Virus record (IMG/VR): IMGVR_UViG_2974540528_000001
Coordinates: 1 to 33,168 of that record
Length of the DNA stretch: 33,168 nt
From: a virus
Lineage: Duplodnaviria; Heunggongvirae; Uroviricota; Caudoviricetes
Reading direction: 5' to 3' (one strand)
The position numbers were made by a program, and so were the translations under genes. Each line of letters begins with the position of its first letter. Position 1 is the stretch's first letter. Shown here in pieces: positions 24,356 to 32,767 of the stretch. The notes beneath the pieces were generated by a model that had not been told where the DNA came from, did no database searches, and saw only the letters and a program-made list of their open reading frames with translations.

Positions 24356-25227
24356 TAGTTACCTACCGCTTTATTATAGTCGAGGGTATTTCCATTCAGA
24401 TCCTTGAGTTTACCGTCCGGCGTCAGTGTTCCCACCACTTGATCTTGCTTGGTATAATCCCCAATGCCCATATCGTTTGCAACCTTTTGCCAACCATCTT
24501 GGTTAGGTCCGGCAAACTTGGTTCTCCTTGCGGTGACTTCTACTTCATCGTCAGTGGCGGAAGACTGAACAGCGCCTTTCTGTTTTGTTTTTCCGCCTGA
24601 CTTTTTAGGGTCTGTATACACCGTAGCCAAGGCTGTCTTCCCAAGAGTAAAAGTACGGAACTCAGTAAACTCAAGTTGAAAAACCAGCGCTGCCCCATCT
24701 GAATTGCTGCGGCTTGCTTCCAAAGAAGTCAAGATATAGTTTTCAATGATGCGGTCTTCCGTTACAAGCGTAACGATTTGGCGATCAGTGATGAGCCTTT
24801 CCAAAACCTCCAAGGCCTTTTCTGGGCGTCGGGATTCTACCGGGTTGTTAGGATCGGTGTCTTTGTCGATGTAGTTGTTCTCAATCATGTAGAGTGGCGA
24901 GCTATTGATTCTCGCACTGAAAGAGAATTTACCATCCTCTATCACACCATGATCACTGTATTTGACCTTATTCTCTACTGCGTAGGAGGTTTTGTCAACA
25001 GTTCTTGTATACGTATGGTCTTCAACGACATCAAATAAAATCGCAATATTGTCCGTATAGTTTTTATTTTTTAATTCTACATTCCTTCCGCCATTGTTAA
25101 GGCCGCTTGCAAACAAAGTATATTGAACTTCACTACTGGCATTCTGAGCCGTAGAGACTTTTTGCTCAACGTTTGCTGTAGCCTTACCTTGTTGCGGTTT
25201 GGACTGGTTGCTTGCTACAACTGCCAT
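24355..25227 (-). CDS. tail tube initiator / distal-tail-like protein (290 aa)
   Basis: FD.V..H.Y.....T.YAVE....YSDH...E and VTLVT...I.ENY.LTSL..SR; directly downstream of the tape measure gene; GAGGAGG RBS. Confidence 0.75.
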   Translation of the reverse strand: MAVVASNQSKPQQGKATANVEQKVSTAQNASSEVQYTLFASGLNNGGRNVELKNKNYTDNIAILFDVVEDHTYTRTVDKTSYAVENKVKYSDHGVIEDGKFSFSARINSSPLYMIENNYIDKDTDPNNPVESRRPEKALEVLERLITDRQIVTLVTEDRIIENYILTSLEASRSNSDGAALVFQLEFTEFRTFTLGKTALATVYTDPKKSGGKTKQKGAVQSSATDDEVEVTARRTKFAGPNQDGWQKVANDMGIGDYTKQDQVVGTLTPDGKLKDLNGNTLDYNKAVGN

Positions 25228-25253
25228 AAAACCTCCTCAATAAGCTTGTTATG

Positions 25254-25282
25254 ATTTTATCATAAATCTTCAAATAAAACAA
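25254..25282 (-). promoter_or_regulatory. sigma70-type promoter with extended -10
   Basis: TTGTTT, 17 bp, TAAAAT preceded by TGA, on the - strand. Confidence 0.65.
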
Positions 25283-25283
25283 C

Positions 25284-25305
25284 GAAAAAGGGGCCGAAGC
25301 CCCTT
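25284..25305 (-). terminator. rho-independent terminator (UUCG tetraloop)
   Basis: On the - strand: AAGGGGC-TTCG-GCCCCTT-TTT, right after the tape measure stop. Confidence 0.9.
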
Positions 25306-25308
25306 GTA

Positions 25309-27717
25309 TTAATCTGGGACACCAAGGATTAAATTGATGTTACCCATATTCGATGCTTCGATTTGCTGGTCAATCATATCCTTCAGCTCTCCAGCATCCA
25401 GTTTGATAGTTATTTCTCCAGAGACAGGCTCGGTAGGAATAACCATCGGAGGGGTAGCAGAAGACTTACCATTCGCCCCAGGCATCTGATTGTTCAGATA
25501 ATCCAGGGTTGCCTTATCAGGACCCCAGAGGTTAGAGAACCAGCTTCCTGTTTTTCCACTGACAATGCTATCATGCACATTGGAGAACACTTTACCACGC
25601 TCTTCGTTGAAGTCGCTGTACGGATTATATCTGTCGTTAAGTTCAGATCCTAAAGTGAACAGGGACAGCAGTCCACCTAAGGAACCCGCTCCTTTAAAGA
25701 ACTTACCTACACGAGAGAATCTACCGCCCTTAGCAGGGCCAGCTCCACCACCCTCTCCACCTTTAGGTGTGGCCCCATCGCCTTTACCAAAAACAGCACC
25801 AATAGTCTTGATCGCCCCAGCTAGGCCAGCGATCTTAGCTAGGATGTTGAACACCCGGACCAGGGATGTAGCAAAGAATATAGCACCTATACCCCAACCA
25901 ACCCAGTTCCATGTCTTAGAAATTTCTTCGCCATTCTTCCTGAACACGGGAATATATCTCTCTAAGATAGCATTGACCATTATAAAGGCGTTATACAAAG
26001 CATAAGGTATCTTCATAAATCCGTCTATGAATCCTGCGACAAACTGACCCACGGCAGCGGCGAGTGGACCATTAGAATCCAAGATTTTGGCAAGAGTGTT
26101 AAATGTCTCTGTCATCTTATCGCCGAAACCAGATTCGAAGATCTTGTTCTGGAAGTTCATCCAAGTCTGGGTAAGGCGTTGCATAGCAACTCGGTTACCT
26201 TGTAAAGCTTTCTGTAGTGCGCCACCCTTGTTAGCAGCTTCTGCGTAGTATTTAGCAACAAACGGAAGCACTTTAGCAGCCTTCAGCTCCCCGTTCTTCA
26301 TCATATCCATCAATTTGGTAACGTCGATGGTGGAGTCGTTGAATGCTTCTTGCGATGCCTTTATGAACACCTGTAATGATCCGGGGATGCCTTCAGCAAG
26401 CTGTTGCTTAAGTTCTTCAGCCATGATCTGGCCTTTACCCATCATCTGTTGAATAGCTGTAATACCGCGTTGGTATTTTACAGGGTCAACCTGAAGGGCA
26501 GTTGCATACTCAGAGAATGACTTGAAGAGCTGATCGTTTTGTGATTTAGTAAGTACACCGTTTGCTGCGATGGACATCTGGGTATAACCCTGTGCAGCTA
26601 CCTTAAGGTCGAGACCTAAACGATACGCCTGGTTTCTCACAAATTCAATACGCTTACCAGCCTCTGCGGAGTCATCGGATACCATCAGCATTGTTGCTTC
26701 CATACCCTGGAAGAACTGCCCAGTTTTCAGAACGCTTGCAGCGGCGTTGAATGCTCCGTATGCGGCTGTAACGCTGATCAATGTACTACGTAAAGTTCTC
26801 AGACCATCATTCAGGGAAAGAGTATTAGCGCTGGCCTTACGAAGTCCAGTTTCCATAGAGGCAAGTTCTGCACGGAAATTTGATGCCTTCATGTTCCCGC
26901 TCTTCATGTATCGGTTAACTAAGGAATCATAGCCTGGTAATTTCCTTGCATATTTATCACCATACTTGGCACGAAGACGAACATTGGCGTTAGAGATTGT
27001 GCTAATCTTCGCTTCACGTGCTCTTGCTCTTCTCCCAGCTTCCCGCTCTGCGTCGCGGGCCATTTTCTCTCTGGCCTTATTGTCAGCCTTATCCTGTTTT
27101 ACTTGTTCTCGGCGTATTCTTGCATGGTCACGTTCCATTGCCTTGCGTTGCTGTTCAGCAACTTTCGGGTCATAAGCCGTAGCATTTGCATTGAGAATCG
27201 GAGATCCTCCGCCCTGAGAACCTTTATTTTTTAGACTCTCTTCATATGCTGCCATGCGAGCGGCAGCGATAGAAGGATTCGTACCATACGTGCCATTCTT
27301 AGCCGCAAGCTTTTCTTGTTGACGCAGTTGAGCCTTTAAAGCATTATAGTTTGCCTGAGATTCTGGAGAGCGTCCAGCCGTTAATCTCGATACGGCCGCT
27401 TTTCTCCTAGCCTTTTCAATCTTATCAATGGCTTCACGAGCACGAGCTTCTTTCTTTGCCATTGCGATATTGTGAGCTGTGGTCTTAGCCGCCTCTGCAC
27501 GTTCAGTTTGATTGAGTCGTTTATTAACCATTCTCGCCTGCATGGCAGAACGTTTCAGGGCAGCAGCAGGGTCGGCCTTAGCAGAAGAAAAAGCCTTCCC
27601 GGTCTTTTCCCATTCGGAACGAATTTGCTTTACAGCTTTCAAGGCGCGTCCAAAGGACGTTTTGTCAACGTCCCATGTTACCTTGTTGACTGTAGAAGTC
27701 ACTATAATATTTGCCAT
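25309..27717 (-). CDS. tape measure protein (802 aa)
   Basis: Long Ala/Arg/Lys-rich helical protein with a tape-measure domain (IEFVRNQAYRLGL...AQGYTQ...IQQMMGKGQIMAEELKQQLAEGIPG); follows the tail assembly chaperone. Confidence 0.93.
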   Translation of the reverse strand: MANIIVTSTVNKVTWDVDKTSFGRALKAVKQIRSEWEKTGKAFSSAKADPAAALKRSAMQARMVNKRLNQTERAEAAKTTAHNIAMAKKEARAREAIDKIEKARRKAAVSRLTAGRSPESQANYNALKAQLRQQEKLAAKNGTYGTNPSIAAARMAAYEESLKNKGSQGGGSPILNANATAYDPKVAEQQRKAMERDHARIRREQVKQDKADNKAREKMARDAEREAGRRARAREAKISTISNANVRLRAKYGDKYARKLPGYDSLVNRYMKSGNMKASNFRAELASMETGLRKASANTLSLNDGLRTLRSTLISVTAAYGAFNAAASVLKTGQFFQGMEATMLMVSDDSAEAGKRIEFVRNQAYRLGLDLKVAAQGYTQMSIAANGVLTKSQNDQLFKSFSEYATALQVDPVKYQRGITAIQQMMGKGQIMAEELKQQLAEGIPGSLQVFIKASQEAFNDSTIDVTKLMDMMKNGELKAAKVLPFVAKYYAEAANKGGALQKALQGNRVAMQRLTQTWMNFQNKIFESGFGDKMTETFNTLAKILDSNGPLAAAVGQFVAGFIDGFMKIPYALYNAFIMVNAILERYIPVFRKNGEEISKTWNWVGWGIGAIFFATSLVRVFNILAKIAGLAGAIKTIGAVFGKGDGATPKGGEGGGAGPAKGGRFSRVGKFFKGAGSLGGLLSLFTLGSELNDRYNPYSDFNEERGKVFSNVHDSIVSGKTGSWFSNLWGPDKATLDYLNNQMPGANGKSSATPPMVIPTEPVSGEITIKLDAGELKDMIDQQIEASNMGNINLILGVPD

Positions 27718-27727
27718 AATTTCCTCA

Positions 27728-27763
27728 ATAAAAAAGCCAGGCTCCTGAAAAGGAACCTGGCTT
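27728..27763 (-). terminator. rho-independent terminator between chaperone and tape measure genes
   Basis: On the - strand: AAGCCAGG-T-TCCT-TTTC-AGGA-G-CCTGGCTT-TTTTATT. Confidence 0.8.
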
Positions 27764-27767
27764 GAGA

Positions 27768-28154
27768 TTAACCTCTTCTGCCTTTGCTTCGGGGTTTAGC
27801 TGCTTCGGCGTCCGCTCTCGATTTCTCTTCTTTCTCATGAACATCGTTGATGAAATCTTCGACATCGAGATACTCGTTTAGCTTAAGCAAATATTCCATA
27901 TCGGCAGACTCAAGGGAGATATAAGACTCTCCCTTAAAGTTCTTCAGAGCACGGCACCAGAGATAGTCGAACCACGTCAGGGAACTATTTTTTCTTGCAT
28001 AATCAATAGCTCTTTGGACGACTTTAGAAATTTTGGACGGTGTTACTCCGCTGCCACTTCCGTCGGTTCCTGATCCACCGTCGCTACTTGGTGAACCATC
28101 CCGAAGTTGCCCAGAAGTCCCTGAAGGTCTGCGAAACCGTCTTTCGTGAAAAAA
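27768..28154 (-). CDS. frameshift-accessed C-terminal extension of the tail assembly chaperone (gpT/gpGT-like); missing from the ORF track
   Basis: The -1 frame has a TAA just upstream of the slippery site T TTT TTC (28154-28148) and is then open to TAA 27770-27768 (...GVTPSKISKVVQRAIDYARKNSSLTWFDYLWCRALKNF...PRSKGRRG). It has no usable start codon near its beginning. Confidence 0.85.
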   Translation of the reverse strand, partial: FFHERRFRRPSGTSGQLRDGSPSSDGGSGTDGSGSGVTPSKISKVVQRAIDYARKNSSLTWFDYLWCRALKNFKGESYISLESADMEYLLKLNEYLDVEDFINDVHEKEEKSRADAEAAKPRSKGRRG

Positions 28155-28522
28155 CAGCCGTAGTTAATCTTCAGAACCTCCGCTACCAATTTGATCAGGT
28201 CCAACATCTTGTCCTGGAAGACCGTATCAATATCAATCTTGCCAGCCATTCCGTTCACAGACACATCTTCAAGGATGAGTTCGAATAATTTTTCGATATC
28301 ATCTTGCTCCATCTGCTCAAATAGGTATAGAATTGCGGTAGGTAGTGCTTCAGAGAGGTTAGACCCTCCGGTAAACAATGCACCACTAATAGTAGCCATT
28401 GGAACTGCGATATAACGACCAATCTTCGGAAGGTTTTTCATAACCTTGGACGGAGACCAGTGTGTGATTACAAAGTTCTTACCAGCCAGATCGATTTCTG
28501 TGGTAGGTCTAAAATTCATCAT
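28043..28522 (-). CDS. tail assembly chaperone (gpG-like, 159 aa)
   Basis: AGGAG RBS before ATG 28522; lies between tube and tape measure; acidic helical protein with INYGCFF at the slippery site. Confidence 0.88.
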   Translation of the reverse strand: MMNFRPTTEIDLAGKNFVITHWSPSKVMKNLPKIGRYIAVPMATISGALFTGGSNLSEALPTAILYLFEQMEQDDIEKLFELILEDVSVNGMAGKIDIDTVFQDKMLDLIKLVAEVLKINYGCFFTKDGFADLQGLLGNFGMVHQVATVDQEPTEVAAE

Positions 28523-28603
28523 GTGTACGCTCCTGCGTCTTTTAAGGTTGTTATATCCATGCGTGTTTGAAAAGGCCACATCCTTGTGGCACACGAAACG
28601 CTA

Positions 28604-29077
28604 TTAGACGATACCTGCAAGGCCAGCCAGACCGAAGCCTGTAGCGTACAGAGTATCTGGGCTTAACCATGCGTCCAGGATTCCGATTTCCCAATCCATC
28701 TGGCCAACTTCAGTACCGTAGGTCAGGTCAGGCTGTTTCTGAATCCAACCAACTGTGCTCAGACCCATACCTTGGGAGCCTTCAAGAAGGACAGGGAAGA
28801 AAATCAGGCCAGTGATGGAAGCTTGTTTCTGCCAGTTAGCCAAGTATCCGTTCCATACCGAAGTGTTCTGTAGAGAGACCGTCAGGACACCAGATTGGTT
28901 ACGAGACAGCGCTGCTGACAGTTCACCATCAACCCCCATGTGGGGGATGATGTTATCTTCGTTGCGAGCAACGACGATCTTGGTATCCGCTGCGAACCCA
29001 GTGACGCGCTGAGTCATCATATAGAGACGCGCTTTCTGTGGGTCGTAAGCATACGGGGTTAAAATTCTAGTATCCAT
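28604..29077 (-). CDS. tail tube protein (157 aa)
   Basis: YDP.K..L......VTGFA.DT.I...RNED.....G.DG pattern; follows the sheath. Confidence 0.88.
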   Translation of the reverse strand: MDTRILTPYAYDPQKARLYMMTQRVTGFAADTKIVVARNEDNIIPHMGVDGELSAALSRNQSGVLTVSLQNTSVWNGYLANWQKQASITGLIFFPVLLEGSQGMGLSTVGWIQKQPDLTYGTEVGQMDWEIGILDAWLSPDTLYATGFGLAGLAGIV

Positions 29078-29080
29078 TTA

Positions 29081-30577
29081 TTACACTCCTGCTGTTACTT
29101 GTCCGCTGGAAGAAGTAGACCCGGTTTTGTCTAGCAGAACAGAGATGCGGATCTTGACGAAATGCAGGGCGCTGTTGTAGACTAGCTCTACCTTAACGTT
29201 GTTAAGAGTACGAGATGCCAGATCATTAGATGGTATGTTTGCACGAAGCGGGATTGTTACAACCGGATCGTAGAACACCTTGTTGACGGAATCATACCCG
29301 GTCAGAATAGAACCGTTGGTGATACCGGTATTCAGAGGACTATTCATCAGGACTGACTTCAGGTTCGGCAGATCATCATCGCTCATTTTCATGGACAGGC
29401 CAAGATTAGAACGGCGAGACATGTAAGCGAAGATACTTTCTTCACTTCTGAACTTCAGCCAGTGACCAAAACGGACAACATCGACATACTGACCGGAGGC
29501 ACACTTACCTTCCCAGAATGCGCCGACACCATTAATCATACGATAGAAGTTCAGGTTCTGGCCCCAGATAGCTGGACGCTCAGAAGAACTCAGGGTCGGA
29601 GCAATAACACCCGGCATTGTCTTCAGGTGGATTGAGTCACCATAGGATGGGTCATTAGATGCCATTGCACCGATGATACCACCTTCAGGGAATGCACTAT
29701 CAGCAAGCGGGTCATACATACCAATGCTAGTATCATACTGAAGTGCTTTCAGTTGATTAGCAATAGAATCTCCGTCGACAACTTTTGACAGCGGATCGGA
29801 TGTTGAATAGACGTGCAGCTTATAGTTAGCAGCAGCATAAGCAGCAGCTCCCAGAATTGCAGAAGAAACGTGTTGTTCTGTGCTCAGGAAGTACCAGTTG
29901 CTGTTTGCAGTTTCGACCTGTGGTAGAACACCGCTTACAGTCTCAGTTGAGTTGTTAGTCAGTGTGCAATCACCTGAGTCAATACCGATGCTGAATGGCT
30001 CGCCGATAACATCAGAAGATGTTGCCATGATGCCTTGGTCAGATTCGGTTGTAACCACCTCATCATCGTTAGTAGCCAGCAGAGAGCCATCACCTTTCGG
30101 AGTGATTGTTACAACACCAGTTGTAGCTACTGCACCGACAATTACATTAAGCGTGGTATCGGAGTTGATTGCAGATGCCAGGGCTGTTGCAATACTCTCT
30201 GGTGTAGATGCGGTAGTAACAGGAATAACGATGCTTTTAGTATACGCACCTGCTGCAACGTTGAAACTTACTGGGTTATTAGGATCTACGTTAGTCTGCC
30301 CTGTGAAATCGATAACTGTTGATTCCCATGCTTGCCTTCCGATCATAAGCGCTTGGGGGCGGAAAGTCCCAGCAAAGGCTTTTGTCGCAAAAGTATACGC
30401 AGGGGAACCTACAGCGAAACCATCAGCAGCGAGTTCATCCAGATCTGTATATGTACGTACTCGTTCTGGGAAAACGTTGTGAATTGCGATAAATAGAGGG
30501 GTTTCAAACCCTACGGTGTCGATTGGTTGTGTCCCGAGAACAACCGTTACGTCAACAACCTTATCATTATAAGCCAT
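29081..30577 (-). CDS. tail sheath protein (498 aa, DUF3383-like)
   Basis: VGFETPLFI...ERVRTY..., K.MPGV...LS, G..ASGQYVDVVRFGHWL, IP...DLASR.L...V...Y..A.H.V.I are contractile sheath motifs. Confidence 0.93.
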   Translation of the reverse strand: MAYNDKVVDVTVVLGTQPIDTVGFETPLFIAIHNVFPERVRTYTDLDELAADGFAVGSPAYTFATKAFAGTFRPQALMIGRQAWESTVIDFTGQTNVDPNNPVSFNVAAGAYTKSIVIPVTTASTPESIATALASAINSDTTLNVIVGAVATTGVVTITPKGDGSLLATNDDEVVTTESDQGIMATSSDVIGEPFSIGIDSGDCTLTNNSTETVSGVLPQVETANSNWYFLSTEQHVSSAILGAAAYAAANYKLHVYSTSDPLSKVVDGDSIANQLKALQYDTSIGMYDPLADSAFPEGGIIGAMASNDPSYGDSIHLKTMPGVIAPTLSSSERPAIWGQNLNFYRMINGVGAFWEGKCASGQYVDVVRFGHWLKFRSEESIFAYMSRRSNLGLSMKMSDDDLPNLKSVLMNSPLNTGITNGSILTGYDSVNKVFYDPVVTIPLRANIPSNDLASRTLNNVKVELVYNSALHFVKIRISVLLDKTGSTSSSGQVTAGV

Positions 30578-30609
30578 TGATTTCCTCTTCTTCTATTTCT
30601 TTCATAAAG

Positions 30610-31155
30610 TTATTGTTGATCATCTGGAGCCGGATAGTAATAAACCATCTCTGCATTCACCCTCTCGATATCCTCGAAAGCTCCTGTATCTGTCACTCCA
30701 ACGCAGACGTTAAAAGTGATAAGTACAGTTGCACGGTTTTCGAAGGTTTGCATGTTCAACGGAACTCTCTGGCGCGATACCGTTGAGGAAGAAGAATATG
30801 CAAATGGGGAATTGGTTGGAAAATACTTGTCGCAGATGTAGGGGAGGCTCAAGGCCTGTAGAATCCGAGTTAATGCATTTGATGCTTTTCCTCGAAATGC
30901 TGTCAGGTTGTAAACCACCTCGTAGTTGTGAGTTATTACAGCGTTACCGCTCTCATCTACCCACTCGTTCGCAGCCCAGTCCATCTGGTCAGCGGTAACT
31001 TGGTTGAGCATGATGAACTCACCCTCTACCTTGGATATGACGTCTCCGTCCCCGTCAATTATTTTTCTCCCCGTGACTTCTTTGCAAAATCTGGCGAGCG
31101 TAACTGCGAGGGCGTCAAAAATATCATCGGAGTTTGTTACGAAGTCTGCCATCAT
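30610..31155 (-). CDS. tail terminator / neck protein (181 aa)
   Basis: Lies immediately upstream of the sheath; ATGA-coupled start. Confidence 0.7.
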   Translation of the reverse strand: MMADFVTNSDDIFDALAVTLARFCKEVTGRKIIDGDGDVISKVEGEFIMLNQVTADQMDWAANEWVDESGNAVITHNYEVVYNLTAFRGKASNALTRILQALSLPYICDKYFPTNSPFAYSSSSTVSRQRVPLNMQTFENRATVLITFNVCVGVTDTGAFEDIERVNAEMVYYYPAPDDQQ

Positions 31156-31589
31156 AGGCCTCCTTCTGTCCCCGCAGGCGTAGAGATCACATACGCTCTG
31201 TAACGGCTAACCCCTGTCGTCTGATACGGATCAGACTTGATAACAGTAAACCATTCCATTTCCCCACGGGAATTCATGAGCTGGATTTGGTCTGCTAGCA
31301 GAAAAGAACCTTCGACAGGACCTTTAAGAAGAGTTGACGAATATACAGTGAATGAATCATACTGTCTGCCGCCAGCCTCGGTCAACTGAGAAGTGTAGTC
31401 TCTTGCTGCCTTGCCTGTCAGAGGCTGAACAACGCATTCCAAGACATCAAACTCTTCATACTGAATAGCGATCTCTTGGTTTTCGAATGGATTGCTTGGG
31501 TCTGGCTGGGAAAAAGTACGATGTCTCCCGATGAAAGTCTTTCTCGGAATCAGCTTATTCCTGCCTATTAATCTGTAGCCTGGTGTCAT
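31152..31589 (-). CDS. head-closure / head-tail joining protein (145 aa)
   Basis: VVQPL.G...QL.E.GGR......VYS pattern; neck gene position. Confidence 0.7.
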   Translation of the reverse strand: MTPGYRLIGRNKLIPRKTFIGRHRTFSQPDPSNPFENQEIAIQYEEFDVLECVVQPLTGKAARDYTSQLTEAGGRQYDSFTVYSSTLLKGPVEGSFLLADQIQLMNSRGEMEWFTVIKSDPYQTTGVSRYRAYVISTPAGTEGGL

Positions 31590-32059
31590 TTAGTCCCCTT
31601 CCCAGTGGAAATCTTATAGGTTGCAGATGACTTCAGGTCGCCGTAGTGGAACATGGCCTCTTTAAATCCTTTGACATCGGCCCATGCATCAGATACGATG
31701 TTATTAGGGAACAGACCACCTTCGATGACATATCGAATCTTGTCTGCACCTGCTTGACCGATTTGTTTCAGGACTGGAGTCGGGTCTTGCGCTCCCGCCG
31801 CCAATTGACCGAAGAGGTCGATCTGAAATTTTTTAAGTTCTTTCTGGAAAAGAACGCCCGCGCTAGTCATGAAAGTACGAGCCGGGAGGTTATTCCAACC
31901 CTCTTGATGAATCGCTGCAAGAGTTGCAGTATTCAGGCCAGAATAGTGAGGATCGTCGAAAAAGCCGTAGCTTACCTGACGATAATCAAGCTTCTTAACC
32001 GCATTAAAGAAGTTCATAAGCTGGCTAAGATCTTGCGTACTTGTGAATTTTGGTATCAT
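31586..32059 (-). CDS. neck / tail completion protein (157 aa)
   Basis: ATLAAIHQEG..NLPARTF...LKQIG...N......KG...MFHYGDLKSS pattern of myovirus neck proteins. Confidence 0.75.
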   Translation of the reverse strand: MIPKFTSTQDLSQLMNFFNAVKKLDYRQVSYGFFDDPHYSGLNTATLAAIHQEGWNNLPARTFMTSAGVLFQKELKKFQIDLFGQLAAGAQDPTPVLKQIGQAGADKIRYVIEGGLFPNNIVSDAWADVKGFKEAMFHYGDLKSSATYKISTGKGTK

Positions 32060-32077
32060 GACTGCATCCGTTTAGGT

Positions 32078-32106
32078 ATTTTACCACATTATCTTAGCAA
32101 AATCAA
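32078..32106 (-). promoter_or_regulatory. sigma70-type promoter with extended -10
   Basis: TTGATT, 17 bp, TAAAAT preceded by TGG, on the - strand. Confidence 0.7.
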
Positions 32107-32124
32107 CGATAAACGTTTGGATAG

Positions 32125-32643
32125 TTAGCAAGGCCAACGGCGAGGGTATCGACGAGGAATTCCTGGAACACCAGTTTGTGGAATTATGCCACCAACATCG
32201 AAAGGTCCACGGGAGTTTCTGTCGTATTTAACACGGTTGAACTCGTCTTCACGAACGCCACCAACGATAACAAGGCCTCTGACCGCACTTAAGCAATCAT
32301 TGACATAGTCAGGGTTTTCAAGCAGCCAGTCGAGGAAGTCTTTCCAATTCTGGTAAGGAGACCCACCTTTGATCTGGATAGTTTCATCACCAATCTTTTC
32401 AAGGCGATCCGTGATTGATGCCTCTCCTGTGTTCACTTCCTGAAGAATCAACCAACGTACCACGTCAACAAGAGTATTGTAAATAACGTAGTAAACGGTG
32501 CATGGCGTGTTATCATCACCGGGGTAATTAGCCTTTGATTTCTCTATTGCCAAAAAGGCAAGGATAATCTCGTCGGGTAAGACTTCCGGGGAAATGGACC
32601 CAAGGAGCAGGCGGATATAAGCAACAATTTCTTGGTCTGTCAT
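32125..32643 (-). CDS. head-tail adaptor protein (172 aa)
   Basis: IRLLLG...LPDEII..FL, EKIGDETI motifs; first gene of the neck block; AAGGAG RBS. Confidence 0.75.
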   Translation of the reverse strand: MTDQEIVAYIRLLLGSISPEVLPDEIILAFLAIEKSKANYPGDDNTPCTVYYVIYNTLVDVVRWLILQEVNTGEASITDRLEKIGDETIQIKGGSPYQNWKDFLDWLLENPDYVNDCLSAVRGLVIVGGVREDEFNRVKYDRNSRGPFDVGGIIPQTGVPGIPRRYPRRWPC

Positions 32644-32675
32644 TTTCGCTCCTTCAAGCTCTTCTATTTATCAAT

Positions 32676-32704
32676 ATCTTATCACAGAACGTCGATTTTG
32701 TCAT
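32676..32704 (-). promoter_or_regulatory. sigma70-type promoter for the neck/tail operon
   Basis: ATGACA, 17 bp, TAAGAT preceded by TGA, on the - strand. Confidence 0.65.
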
Positions 32705-32713
32705 CAAAAACAC

Positions 32714-32741
32714 TTGACATCATGTGTCAGGATGCTATTCT
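32714..32741 (+). promoter_or_regulatory. sigma70-type promoter for the inverted ORF
   Basis: TTGACA, 16 bp, TATTCT preceded by TGC. Confidence 0.7.
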
Positions 32742-32767
32742 CAAAGAAAATTATTGAGGAGAATCCC

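Noticed and set aside
25309-27717. Enzymatic (lysozyme/transglycosylase) domain within the tape measure protein
   Set aside because: No recognisable catalytic motif in the translation; a profile search would be needed to exclude it fully.
19297-32670. TAAATA as a T4-like late promoter core (seen at about 19297, 21568 and 32665)
   Set aside because: The full TATAAATA is never present, positions relative to starts are inconsistent, and the hexamer is expected by chance in AT-rich gaps.
30585-32670. Shared AAATAGAAGA upstream of the sheath and adaptor genes
   Set aside because: Only two occurrences, both in purine-rich RBS leaders; not enough to call a motif.
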